64,000 nucleotides of DNA from contig JANRJA010000205.1 of NCBI GenBank assembly GCA_033764315.1, forward strand, positions 1-64,000. Reading direction: 5' to 3'. Under the pieces are notes generated by a model that made no database searches, was not told where the DNA came from, and saw nothing but the letters and a program-made list of their open reading frames with translations. Each line of letters opens with the position of its first letter. Positions within the stretch are counted from its first letter, which is position 1. The stretch is from Oculatellaceae cyanobacterium bins.114. Lineage in GTDB: Bacteria; Cyanobacteriota; Cyanobacteriia; Elainellales; Elainellaceae. Below, one piece after another: positions 26,578 through 36,395 of this stretch. The position numbers and the translations under genes were made by a program.

Positions 26578-27759
26578 TTAGATGGGAGTTTGCAGTTGAA
26601 TTTGCAAAGACTGGTCAGCTTGCAGAATCAAACCCCTTTGAGACTGAACCCCTACATCGGGTAATGCAGTATGGGGCGATCGCCACAAAATCCATCGGCT
26701 TCCTTCAGGGAGAGCCGTCAAACTATCGGTATCTTGAGTCAACCAAAGCAAGGGAGTTTCTGGAAGACGTTCTGCCTTGCGTTCCTCAGCGGCATGAGTT
26801 GCTGCAAGTGTCTCTAAAACTACCTGTTTGCCTTTAACAACTCCGGTTGCAGCCGTCCACACACTAACCTGCAAATTGTGATGAGCCGCATAAAAATAGA
26901 GTGAAGCTGCTGCAATCACAGCTTGTTCAAATTGATCAGGCTCCCAGGAATTTTCTCCAGCAAGGGAACGGTCTCGCATCTCAGTGTCGAGACCAATGAT
27001 GATTTCTTGTCCTCCCGTAAAGGTTTCCAGTTCACGCACTCGTAACTCCCCGTAACGAGCACTAGTGCGCCAATGAATCAGCCGAATTGAGTCTCCCCAA
27101 CGATAGGGGCGCAGCGTACGCGTGACGCCTTCAGTTGCACCTTGTGCCCGATAAGCACTTTGAACATTGGCATTGATATCGCGACCCATCTCATCGATCA
27201 GAGGGCACTGACTGAGCGGCAACACTGTAGGATAAACGATTGCCGTTGCTTTAACAGTTTGGCTCCGCCGACACCAAAACAACCCTAACGGGGTGGCGGT
27301 TCTCAGTTGCAAGGTCTGCCAACGAAAAACACCTCGACGTTGAGTTGGGTGCTCATAAATCCAGTGATAGCTTTGCTGCGCTGGAATCATCTCAATCGAT
27401 TTAGAGATGGGTTGTCCCAACACGTAGGGTATGACGTCCTGTACTTGCAACAGAGTTTTAGGTTGATTCGTCTGATTTTCAAGCACTACCTCAACGACGA
27501 GAGATTCACCCGCACTAATTGGCTCAATAGCATGGCGGGTCACTCGAATTTGTCGCAGCGATCGCTCTGGTAAAATCGCAGCGATCGCCAACAGCGCAAA
27601 CATTACGCCACTGATGACATAGAGCCAACCTGCCATCGTGTTGGTCGCAGCAGCAAAGAAAAAGATGGATAAACCGCCCGCCAACCATCCACTATAGGCG
27701 GGCGTTATCCAATGCGTCTCAAACCAATCGGCAATCCGCTGACCCAGATTAGGGCTCAT
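26578..27759 (-). CDS. DUF58 family membrane-anchored protein
   Basis: N-terminal transmembrane pair, LRPYRWGDSIRLIHWRTSAR, LRVRE. Confidence 0.92.
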   Translation of the reverse strand: MSPNLGQRIADWFETHWITPAYSGWLAGGLSIFFFAAATNTMAGWLYVISGVMFALLAIAAILPERSLRQIRVTRHAIEPISAGESLVVEVVLENQTNQPKTLLQVQDVIPYVLGQPISKSIEMIPAQQSYHWIYEHPTQRRGVFRWQTLQLRTATPLGLFWCRRSQTVKATAIVYPTVLPLSQCPLIDEMGRDINANVQSAYRAQGATEGVTRTLRPYRWGDSIRLIHWRTSARYGELRVRELETFTGGQEIIIGLDTEMRDRSLAGENSWEPDQFEQAVIAAASLYFYAAHHNLQVSVWTAATGVVKGKQVVLETLAATHAAEERKAERLPETPLLWLTQDTDSLTALPEGSRWILWRSPHTALPDVGVQSQRGLILQADQSLQIQLQTPI

Positions 27760-28360
27760 TCTGTTCTTCTACTAATCCAATTCCAGAGAGAGGGCGATAG
27801 GTATAGTTTTGGCGGGGAGTTTTTTGAATGTCTTCTTTGATGCCATCCAAATCAATATAACGGTCGGCAACATTGATCAAACTATCGCTGGTCATCGAGC
27901 GCAAACTCACCACCTCAACCCGCACCCCGCGATAACTGACAGCATCAACAGCGTAGGCAAGATCACCATCACCACTGACTAAAATCGCCGTGTCATAGGA
28001 TCCTACCAATGCCATCATATCCACTGCAATCTCAACATCCAAATTTGCTTTCTTAGAGCCATCTGGTAGCTGCACTAGATCTTTAGAGATGACCCGATAG
28101 CCGTTACGCCGCATCCACAGCAGAAACCCTTGCTGCTTTTCATTGGTGCGATCGACTCCCGTATAAAAGAAGGATCGCAATAAGCGAGACCCCGCTGTCA
28201 ATCGACAGAGCAATTTGGTGTAATCGATCTCGATCCCCAGTTGCAAAGCCGCATAGAAAAGGTTTGAGCCATCAATAAAAATGGCGACTCGTCCCCGATT
28301 TTCTAACACTTGCTCTGGCGTAAAGATGGGACTGTTATTGTCAATATGGTTGTTATACAT
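27749..28360 (-). CDS. LabA/DUF88 family NYN-domain protein
   Basis: AIFIDGSNL, KKANLDVEIAVDM, LVSGDGDL. Confidence 0.93.
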   Translation of the reverse strand: MYNNHIDNNSPIFTPEQVLENRGRVAIFIDGSNLFYAALQLGIEIDYTKLLCRLTAGSRLLRSFFYTGVDRTNEKQQGFLLWMRRNGYRVISKDLVQLPDGSKKANLDVEIAVDMMALVGSYDTAILVSGDGDLAYAVDAVSYRGVRVEVVSLRSMTSDSLINVADRYIDLDGIKEDIQKTPRQNYTYRPLSGIGLVEEQNEP

Positions 28361-28489
28361 GGTTTTTTAAGACCTCGGTTTTATGAAAAAAATGGTTTTT
28401 CGAACTAGACGTGAATTGAAGAAAAACGTTTATCCCAGATAAAAATTAAACCCAAATTAACGATAGTTATACACTCACAGACACAAATG

Positions 28490-30082
28490 TTATGTCAGTA
28501 ATTCCAAACGACGGAACACAGGCTCAGGAGTGCCCAGAGCCTGCTTAGCAGGTAACCCTCCCCAACTGGCATGAACAGTAAACGGATATAGAGTCAGACT
28601 ATCAGGACGATTAAAATCAATGTCAAATCCAAGCTGTCGATAAAGGGCACTACTAACTTGTGGGATGACAGGTGCCAGTAAATAGGCAGCCAGCCTCACT
28701 GTCTCAAGAATGGTATAAAGAACTTGCTCAGCCTCCGCTTGCTTACCTTGCTTATAGAGTGACCAAGGAGCTTGCTCAGCAATATATTTATTACCTGCAC
28801 GAACCAATCCCAAAATCGCTTCACAGGCTTGACTAAACGCAAGCGAGGCATAAGCTTCAGCAACTTCTTCACCCAACGTTAACCCTTTATCTTTCAGGGG
28901 GTTGTCTGTTGGAATATCAGCACCTGTCAGAGAAGGTGTAAAGCCACCGCAATATTTATGCACCAGATTCAACGTGCGGTTCAGCAAGTTGCCCAAATCG
29001 TTTGCCAAGTCAGCATTCAAAATATCAATAAAGCGAGTCTCATTGAAATCACCGTCCCGTCCAAATTCAATCTCCTTTAAAAAGTAATAGCGAACCGCAT
29101 CAGAACCATAACGCCCTACTAATTCATAGGGATCAATGATATTGCCTAACGTTTTCCCCATTTTTTGTCCATCTTTAGTCAAGAAGCCATGTCCAAACAC
29201 TCCACCTGGAACAGGTACTCCCGCTGACATTAGCATGGCAGGCCAGTAAACCGCGTGAAATCGCAGAATGTCTTTGCCAATCAAATGTAAGTTGATGGGC
29301 CACCAATCGGCGAGTGCATGATCCAGGGTTGGTTCGTCTTCTGGGTCTAGAAGGGCCGTGACATATCCCAACAGGGCATCAAACCAGACATAGAGCGTGT
29401 GGTTGGGATCGGTAGGGACTGGAAAACCCCAATCTAAGTTCACCCGAGAAATTGAGAAATCTTGCAAGCCTCGACTGACAAAACTCAGCACCTCATTGCG
29501 GCGAATATCTGGGCGAATAAAATCTGGACGCTCTTGATAGAGGGCTTCGAGTTTGTCTTGATATTTTGAGAGACGAAAGAAGTAATTTTGTTCATCTCGC
29601 CATTCGGTTTCTTTGGTTGTGTGAATGGCACAACGATGCCCTTCAAGCAGTTCTCGTTCTTCTTTAAACTCTTCGCACGAGACACAATACCATCCCTGCT
29701 GACGCCCCAGATAGATGTCATCGTTATCCCAAACCCGCTGAAAGAATTCTCGGACAATGGCTTCATGTCGCTTAGAGGTGGTGCGAATAAAGCGATCGCA
29801 CTGAATATCGAGTTGACTCCACAGAGCCTGAAAGCCCTCTACGATCTTGTCGCAGTGGTCTTGGGGCGATCGCCCTAAGGTTTCCGCCGTACGCTGAATT
29901 TTTTGACCATGCTCATCTGTTCCCGTAATCATCAAGACAGACTTGCCTTGAAGTCTGTAAAACCGGGAAATGACATCCGCTGCGATCGTCGTATATGCAC
30001 TGCCAATGTGAGGCAGATCATTGACGTAATAGAGCGGTGTCGTAATGGCAAAGGTATTTTGATTCTTAGCGTTAGAATTCAT
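28490..30082 (-). CDS. metG: Methionine--tRNA ligase (short form)
   Basis: ITTPLYYVN..PHIGSAY (HIGH-like), TGTDEHGQKI, YVWFDAL, KMGKT (KMSKS-like). Start set at ATG 30082. Confidence 0.97.
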   Translation of the reverse strand: MNSNAKNQNTFAITTPLYYVNDLPHIGSAYTTIAADVISRFYRLQGKSVLMITGTDEHGQKIQRTAETLGRSPQDHCDKIVEGFQALWSQLDIQCDRFIRTTSKRHEAIVREFFQRVWDNDDIYLGRQQGWYCVSCEEFKEERELLEGHRCAIHTTKETEWRDEQNYFFRLSKYQDKLEALYQERPDFIRPDIRRNEVLSFVSRGLQDFSISRVNLDWGFPVPTDPNHTLYVWFDALLGYVTALLDPEDEPTLDHALADWWPINLHLIGKDILRFHAVYWPAMLMSAGVPVPGGVFGHGFLTKDGQKMGKTLGNIIDPYELVGRYGSDAVRYYFLKEIEFGRDGDFNETRFIDILNADLANDLGNLLNRTLNLVHKYCGGFTPSLTGADIPTDNPLKDKGLTLGEEVAEAYASLAFSQACEAILGLVRAGNKYIAEQAPWSLYKQGKQAEAEQVLYTILETVRLAAYLLAPVIPQVSSALYRQLGFDIDFNRPDSLTLYPFTVHASWGGLPAKQALGTPEPVFRRLELLT

Positions 30083-30933
30083 GGAAATCTTATAAAAATC
30101 AACCCAAAAATTACTTTTATCTATCTTAAGAGGATGTAACCGCAATTTTATATTACTAATCTAACCAATTTCATCCTAAAAAAACGGAAAAAAATGCACC
30201 TAACCGATAGCGATTTCTAATTTACAAACAGCTTAGGAGGAAGCTAATGGATAAAGCCTTTCAAATAGACCCTCCACCGCATTCTTCAGGAAATCAGGAC
30301 ATCAAGATTCAGCCTAGTTTACGCTCTATGAGCCGCTCAAGCAAAATCAAAAATCCTTAAATAACAGACCAACGATTAACACTTGCCATTGTTTTACCAG
30401 ATTGTTTGCCGCAATTTTGGAAAAGTTTTCAACTAAGTTTTTAGAAGCGTTTCCTAGAGCAATAAATCATAAAAAGAGAGGCAAAAATGAAACGATTAAA
30501 CCCATAAAATTTATAAATCTAAACCTAAAGTTTTATTTATGTTGCTTTCAAAAAAGGGTTATATTATCCCTCTGTCAAAACATCTCCTGAACAGCCCGTT
30601 AATGCGAATGCTCAAACAGATGCAATGTATAAAGCTATACTGCGATCCTATTCTTTGGCTTTTCTTTATAAGTAACTGAAGAGTGGGTTGAGGCGGAGGT
30701 ACCAAGAGGTTCCAATTCTTCTCGTAGCCACTATCTCGACAGTTGCTATAGATAATGTCTGGCTAATTCTTTAGCTAATTCTTTAAAGGTTGAATCGTTG
30801 ACTCGCGCTGCTATAAGGGTATTTGCCGACTCATACCGGGAACAAGCTATCCCTGGGCGGAGTTAGGATTGGGTTATGTAAACTAGTATTAAGATTCAAC
30901 AATTGGGTTCATTATTGCCGCTCTTGTATTGCT

Positions 30934-31653
30934 ATGTCAATCTATAGCCCTCTCGTAGTATCTCGCCAACTACTGGCAGCATTAGGCACACGGTTGTTTT
31001 TATACCACCAGGATCGAATTCCCCAAGAAGGGGCGATCGTTGTGGTCAGCAACCATCGCAGTTTTATGGATGCACCTGTTTTAATGGCAGCAATCGACCG
31101 CCCCATTCGCTTTGCTTGCCATCACTACATGGGTCAAGTGCCGCTTATGCGAGAGATTGTGGCTCGCCTGGGATGCTTTCCGTTGGAGGCACCCGATCAA
31201 CGTCAACAGGTTTTTTTGCAACAAGCGACCACTTTGTTGCAACATCGTCAGGTCGTGGGTGTGTTTCCAGAAGGGGCACAACCAATGGTGCAAGCAACTC
31301 AACCCTATGAGATGCAGATATTTCATCGAGGCTTTGCCCATCTCGCTTTACGGGCACCCCTCATGGATCTAGCCGTGTTACCCATTGCGATCGCCTCTCA
31401 TCAAGAAACTATCAATTCCGTGATCCCGTTGAGTCTTATGAGTTGGATTGACCCCTCAGAGCCTCTATTTAAGAAACCGGGATGGCATCCGATGGTGATT
31501 TATCAGAATGTCAATGTGCATATTGGGCGTCCATTGTGGATCTCGGCTAGACACCAACAACGATATCAAGGCAAGCAAGCAAAGTCTGTCGTTGCTGAAC
31601 TGACCGCCCATTGTCGCGATGAAATTAGTAATTTATTACGCCAAGGATATTAA
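30934..31653 (+). CDS. PlsC/LPLAT family acyltransferase
   Basis: NHRSFMD (HX4D) and VFPEG motifs. Start set at ATG 30934. Confidence 0.9.
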   Translation: MSIYSPLVVSRQLLAALGTRLFLYHQDRIPQEGAIVVVSNHRSFMDAPVLMAAIDRPIRFACHHYMGQVPLMREIVARLGCFPLEAPDQRQQVFLQQATTLLQHRQVVGVFPEGAQPMVQATQPYEMQIFHRGFAHLALRAPLMDLAVLPIAIASHQETINSVIPLSLMSWIDPSEPLFKKPGWHPMVIYQNVNVHIGRPLWISARHQQRYQGKQAKSVVAELTAHCRDEISNLLRQGY

Positions 31654-31654
31654 T

Positions 31655-32497
31655 ATGGCTGCCATCCCTCATCAGGTTCACTTTCTAACCCCTCGACGGG
31701 TCTATCCTGAAGCTCCTCTGTTTGTCTTTTCTCCTGGGATGGATGGCACAGGGCAGTTGCTACGAACCCAAACAGAAGGACTAGAGCGGGCTTTTGATGT
31801 GAGATGTTTAGCTATTCCGCCCGATGACCTTACCCACTGGGATGATTTGGCAGAGCAAGCTCTTGCCCTGGTTAGAACAGAGCTAGAGGGTGACTGTGAA
31901 CGCAAAGTTTACCTGTGTGGTGAGTCGTTTGGAGGATGCTTGGCGATGAAGATGATTGTGCGATCGCCCCAACTATTTCACCGATTGATTTTGGTAAATC
32001 CTGCTTCATCCTTTAATCGTCGTCCCTGGATTCATTGGGGATCGCAAGTCACTCAATTTCTACCAGAACCCCTCTATCAAGCCTCTTGCATTGGGTTATT
32101 ACCCTTTTTAGCTTCTTTAGGGCGCATCAGTGCCAGCGATCGCCAGGCTCTATTAGAGGCAATGCAATCTGTCACCCAAAAAAGTTCGATCTGGCGTTTG
32201 TCTCTCTTAAGCGACTTTAGACTGACTGATGAGCAGGTTGCCAGCATTCAACAGCCTGTTTTGTTAATTGCCAGTCAGGGCGATCGCCTCCTGCCTTCTG
32301 TTAACGAGGCTGACCTTTTAGCGCAATTTTTTCCACGTGCCCAGGTTCACATTCTCCCCAACAGTGGTCATGCCTGCTTGTTAGAATCTGATGTCAACCT
32401 CTACGACATCCTGCGCTTTCATCGATTTTTAGATCAGCAAGTCGAGCAACAGGTTAATGATCCATCTCCTGCGACCTTATCAGCTTCTAGAGGATAA
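31655..32497 (+). CDS. Alpha/beta hydrolase resembling the hydrolase domain of plant PES/ELT enzymes
   Basis: PGMDGTG, GESFGG nucleophile elbow, LVNPASSF, DRLLPS, SGHACLLE. Starts 1 bp after the acyltransferase stop. Confidence 0.9.
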   Translation: MAAIPHQVHFLTPRRVYPEAPLFVFSPGMDGTGQLLRTQTEGLERAFDVRCLAIPPDDLTHWDDLAEQALALVRTELEGDCERKVYLCGESFGGCLAMKMIVRSPQLFHRLILVNPASSFNRRPWIHWGSQVTQFLPEPLYQASCIGLLPFLASLGRISASDRQALLEAMQSVTQKSSIWRLSLLSDFRLTDEQVASIQQPVLLIASQGDRLLPSVNEADLLAQFFPRAQVHILPNSGHACLLESDVNLYDILRFHRFLDQQVEQQVNDPSPATLSASRG

Positions 32498-32691
32498 GAA
32501 CTCGGTTTAGAAAGACAGCCAAAGAGACTGAACTCAAAGGGGGTACAGAGATATAGCCGTAGCCACATTCAATGGGGCGGAGGCGAGTCAGAAAGCTTTC
32601 CCAGCATTAGGATTTGAGCCATTGCCTTTGCCCTAAGCTTTCTGACCAAAGCTATAGTCATTTCTGTTTGAGACTGATGTTGGCGCAGCGA

Positions 32692-33165
32692 TTAAGCGTG
32701 AGATTGGAGCGTCAATGTAACGTTGTCGAGATAGGGACGAATCAAACTGCTGCTTGCTGGAGGAAGAGTAGCGTTGATTGCCTCCATCAAGTATCGATAA
32801 GCCACCATGCAATGGGCGTTACGCTTGTGAGCCAACAAAATAGTGTCTAACCAAGACATCATTTGCTCTTTAAAGAAGACCTCATCGTCTCGAAGAATCG
32901 CAAGAGCCACATAACGCAGGACTTCTGACATGTCATATTGGCATCGCTGTCCATGTTTTTGAACCAGCTCTGGATAAATCTGGCTCAGCTTTTTGATAGC
33001 CTGTTGAACCAACTTTTGGCTTTGATCCCGAATGTGTTGGTATGTTTCCAGCCGAGTGGCATACGTTTGCAGATATTGCTCTAGGGGTTTTAGTCCCTGA
33101 GCATCTAAATAAGAACCATCTGCTTCTAAAACTTTTTGAGTTAGGGTGTGATTAAGGGTGTGCAT
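32692..33165 (-). CDS. Phycobiliprotein-like globin-fold protein
   Basis: EADGSYL..L N-terminal motif and RCQYDMSEVLRY, equivalent to the C-x-R-D...LRY helix of phycobiliproteins. Confidence 0.82.
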   Translation of the reverse strand: MHTLNHTLTQKVLEADGSYLDAQGLKPLEQYLQTYATRLETYQHIRDQSQKLVQQAIKKLSQIYPELVQKHGQRCQYDMSEVLRYVALAILRDDEVFFKEQMMSWLDTILLAHKRNAHCMVAYRYLMEAINATLPPASSSLIRPYLDNVTLTLQSHA

Positions 33166-33393
33166 AGCGATTTGCTCGTTATGGTATTTAGCAACAATTT
33201 AGAGTGACAACTGAGGCAGTTAGCTGCTAAAAATCTATGAGCTTTAAGGGTTAGCTCAGGATTTGCAGTTGATAGTTATATCAACAAGGCACTGCCAAAT
33301 CTCGCACCCTACCTAATAAACTGCCCCAACCTGGGGATCGGTTACCAGGTTGATGTAATTCTCAACATGTTGATTAATTCCTTAATGTAACCA

Positions 33394-35181
33394 TCATCTC
33401 AGGGCTGACGATATCGGCTTGAGAGGGAGGCTGAAGCCTTTGCCCTTAGGGCGATCCCCAGGCTCATCCAAGGCAGACTGAGTGGCACAGCGATAGAGCG
33501 CATATTGATAACCATCGACCGATCGCCGTTTAGGAGTTTCAACGCATCCCTGTTTTTGCAGGAGAGTTTGGAGGGGACGCTTTGGAACCCGTTCAAAATT
33601 GACTAACCAGAGATCGAGCGGACGAGGCAATGAGACCAACGATCGCCTTAGAGGGATCAGAGGCGATCGGGGATTTTCGCCTTGATGTGCTAACAAAAAT
33701 TGGGGAGCTGGTTCATCCTCTGGTGATGTCTGTTGCCAGTCCCAGGCTATGCCCATAAGTCTGCCCGTTTGACCATGCGTGCGATGAGCGATCGCTACCA
33801 GTGACGGGACATCTGAGTTTTTGCGAATCGCTTGCACCACCAGATCAGGACGATGAGTTTTTTGAAATCCTAGGTTATTAACAACGGTTAGTCCACTTAG
33901 CAGACTGATCAGACCCATGACCAAAACGGTTCGTTGTCCCGTTGCTCTTAACTTTTTCCAGTGAGGCTCTAAGGCTGCGGCTATTAAGACAATTACGACT
34001 GGAAAGTAGACGAAGTTATAGCGAAACGCACTGGTGAGATCCATTCCCAAGCCATAGGTGATGCTCAGAAACAAAGCGATCGCCCCTAACACAACTCCAC
34101 CCAATCCCAGTAACACTAGCTGGTTTTGAGATCTCCATTGGGTTTTCAGTCCATCCACCACTGTGGGGATCGTCCACAGTATGACCAGCACCAATAGGAT
34201 GATCGAGCTAATCCTCACCCAGTCAGATGTCGCTTGGATGGGCAATAAATAGAGCATGCTGATCCAGCCGCCGAGTGCCTGGGTTAACGGTTCTAACAGC
34301 GCAAACCCTGTGCGATCGCCCCGATAAATCCAGCGGGTCAACTCACTGTCTTGGCTGCTCTGCCAAACAGGAAGCCACACCAAGCTCGCCATCATACTTC
34401 CGAGTGCGACGATCCCAATGCGGCTCCAGGTACTTCCCCATCGCCGTTGCCATAGTCCTAAGCCGAGAAACACAATGCCTTGAGCCACCAAAATGAACAG
34501 AAAAAAGTAGTGGGTGGCGATCCCCAGTGCATTGACCGCAATCCATACTCCACAAACCCACAAAGGCAAGGACTGGCGACGTGAAACGGTTTCTCCGGTG
34601 GGGTTATCACCCAAAGCTCGAATGGCAACGACAAAACAACTCAGTGAAGCTATGACCCAGAGAATTGGCAAAGTATAGTGTCTCGCCTCTTGTGCCAAAT
34701 AAATGCTGAAGGGAGATATTGCCATCAGAGCGGCTGCAATGTGAGCCACGACAGGTGAACGAAATGCCAAGCAACCCAACCCAAACGCAGCAGGGATAGA
34801 CGCTACTCCAAACAATGCTGGGAGCGATCGCACACTCCAAGCTGACACCAGCCCATTAGCATCGCTTGGAAAGAGCCGTAACCACCCGTGCATCAACATA
34901 AAAAATAGCGGGGGATGGTTACTCTCTGCCGATAACCGTTGCCAGACGGCTGAGACTTCTGTGGGTGGGTCTGGCTGCAATGGTTGCAACAGGGCATGAA
35001 TGGAAATAGGTTCGTTTAAGGGAATGCCTTGAAAGGTGTGCCCCAGGCTAAAAACAATGGTTGAAAATTCATCTGTCCACAACGGTTTGCTATCGAGATG
35101 CATGAAGCGTAAGAGAGTTCCAACACCGATCCACAGTAGCAACAGCCACAAATGCGTCCTATTTTGATGCAACCCTTTCAA
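33394..35181 (-). CDS. GT-C / glycosyltransferase family 39 (PMT-like) membrane protein
   Basis: LWTDEFST, ESNHPPLFF, YLAQEARHY, many transmembrane helices. Confidence 0.88.
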   Translation of the reverse strand: MKGLHQNRTHLWLLLLWIGVGTLLRFMHLDSKPLWTDEFSTIVFSLGHTFQGIPLNEPISIHALLQPLQPDPPTEVSAVWQRLSAESNHPPLFFMLMHGWLRLFPSDANGLVSAWSVRSLPALFGVASIPAAFGLGCLAFRSPVVAHIAAALMAISPFSIYLAQEARHYTLPILWVIASLSCFVVAIRALGDNPTGETVSRRQSLPLWVCGVWIAVNALGIATHYFFLFILVAQGIVFLGLGLWQRRWGSTWSRIGIVALGSMMASLVWLPVWQSSQDSELTRWIYRGDRTGFALLEPLTQALGGWISMLYLLPIQATSDWVRISSIILLVLVILWTIPTVVDGLKTQWRSQNQLVLLGLGGVVLGAIALFLSITYGLGMDLTSAFRYNFVYFPVVIVLIAAALEPHWKKLRATGQRTVLVMGLISLLSGLTVVNNLGFQKTHRPDLVVQAIRKNSDVPSLVAIAHRTHGQTGRLMGIAWDWQQTSPEDEPAPQFLLAHQGENPRSPLIPLRRSLVSLPRPLDLWLVNFERVPKRPLQTLLQKQGCVETPKRRSVDGYQYALYRCATQSALDEPGDRPKGKGFSLPLKPISSALR

Positions 35182-36392
35182 CCCAGCCCCTCCAATGGTT
35201 CTGTTAGGACTTTAACCAGCGTCGTAGATAAATAGTCATACTCGGCAGGCGTGTTATAAATTTGGGCTGAGATGCGGATTAGGCGATTGGAAACTCCCTG
35301 CCAGGGAATGATGGGCACCTCAATACCAAATTGGTGAAATAGAGTTTTTTGTAACGGTTCGGCATCCCCATTGGGCAGTGGCAGGGTCGCCATTGAGCCG
35401 ACCATCTCGGCGGGACAAGGGGGCGAAATATGCAACGCTTTACATAACATGGCTCTAGCAGATAACGCCATTTGGCGATTGTGTGTCATTAACTCTGACC
35501 AACCACCCGGCAAAAGCGATCGCAAGAATTGAATTGCTTTAGGAATGCACAGATAGGGAGTGGGATCTGTTGTGCCTACCCAGTCAAACTCCAGATGAAA
35601 AAAAGAGCGATCGCACCGAGGAGAGTTTGCCCCATGACTGATCACAAGAGGGCGAATGAGGGACTGGCGATCGGGTCGGACATAGAGAAACCCTGCCCCT
35701 TTAGGACTACACAACCACTTATGACAGTTGCCTGTGTAATAGGTTGCGCCCAATTCGTCTAAATTTAAGGGGATCATGCCGGGAGCATGGGCACCATCAA
35801 TCAGAGTCTCAATGCCCCGTTGATTGAGAGTATCAATCAAGGGTTTGAGGGGCAAGATTAAAGCGGTCTGACTCGTAACATGATCCAACAACACTAGTCG
35901 AGTTTTATCTGAAACCTGACCCAGCACAGCATCGATTATTTGCTGAGGTGACTCCAATGGAAAGGGAACCTCAGCGACGACAACGGTTGCCCCTGATTGG
36001 CTGGCCGCCACATTTAAAGCATTGCGAGAGGCGTTGTATTCCAGATTAGTGACTAGCAGCTCATCGGTTGGTTGAAAGGAAAGCGATCGCAGCACTGTGT
36101 TGATCCCCGTTGTGGCATTGGGCACAAACACTAGATGGTCAGGCTGAGTGCCCAAAAAATCTGCCAGAGTTTGCCGAGAGGCATCTAACAAGGACTCATA
36201 GACGTCTTCGACAAAGCGAACAGGCTCAGCTTCCAGGCGCGATCGCAGCCAATTTTGCTTGTCTAACACTGTGATCGGACAGGCCCCAAAAGACCCGTGA
36301 TTTAAATAAACCACTTCGGGGTTCAGAGTCCAGAGCGATCGCCAGGGGTGATCAGCAGAATCGGGACGGAAACGAGGAGAATCAGACATCAT
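35178..36392 (-). CDS. Class V PLP enzyme (isopenicillin-N-epimerase / cysteine desulfhydrase-like)
   Basis: YLNHGSFGACP, DGAHAPG, GNCHKWLCSPKG (PLP lysine). Confidence 0.9.
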   Translation of the reverse strand: MMSDSPRFRPDSADHPWRSLWTLNPEVVYLNHGSFGACPITVLDKQNWLRSRLEAEPVRFVEDVYESLLDASRQTLADFLGTQPDHLVFVPNATTGINTVLRSLSFQPTDELLVTNLEYNASRNALNVAASQSGATVVVAEVPFPLESPQQIIDAVLGQVSDKTRLVLLDHVTSQTALILPLKPLIDTLNQRGIETLIDGAHAPGMIPLNLDELGATYYTGNCHKWLCSPKGAGFLYVRPDRQSLIRPLVISHGANSPRCDRSFFHLEFDWVGTTDPTPYLCIPKAIQFLRSLLPGGWSELMTHNRQMALSARAMLCKALHISPPCPAEMVGSMATLPLPNGDAEPLQKTLFHQFGIEVPIIPWQGVSNRLIRISAQIYNTPAEYDYLSTTLVKVLTEPLEGLG

Positions 36393-36395
36393 GAG

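Noticed and set aside
30146-30822. Long AT-rich gap between metG and the acyltransferase, including the 62-aa ORF
   Set aside because: It looks like divergent promoter DNA. No convincing structure or coding signal was seen beyond one 12-bp doublet.
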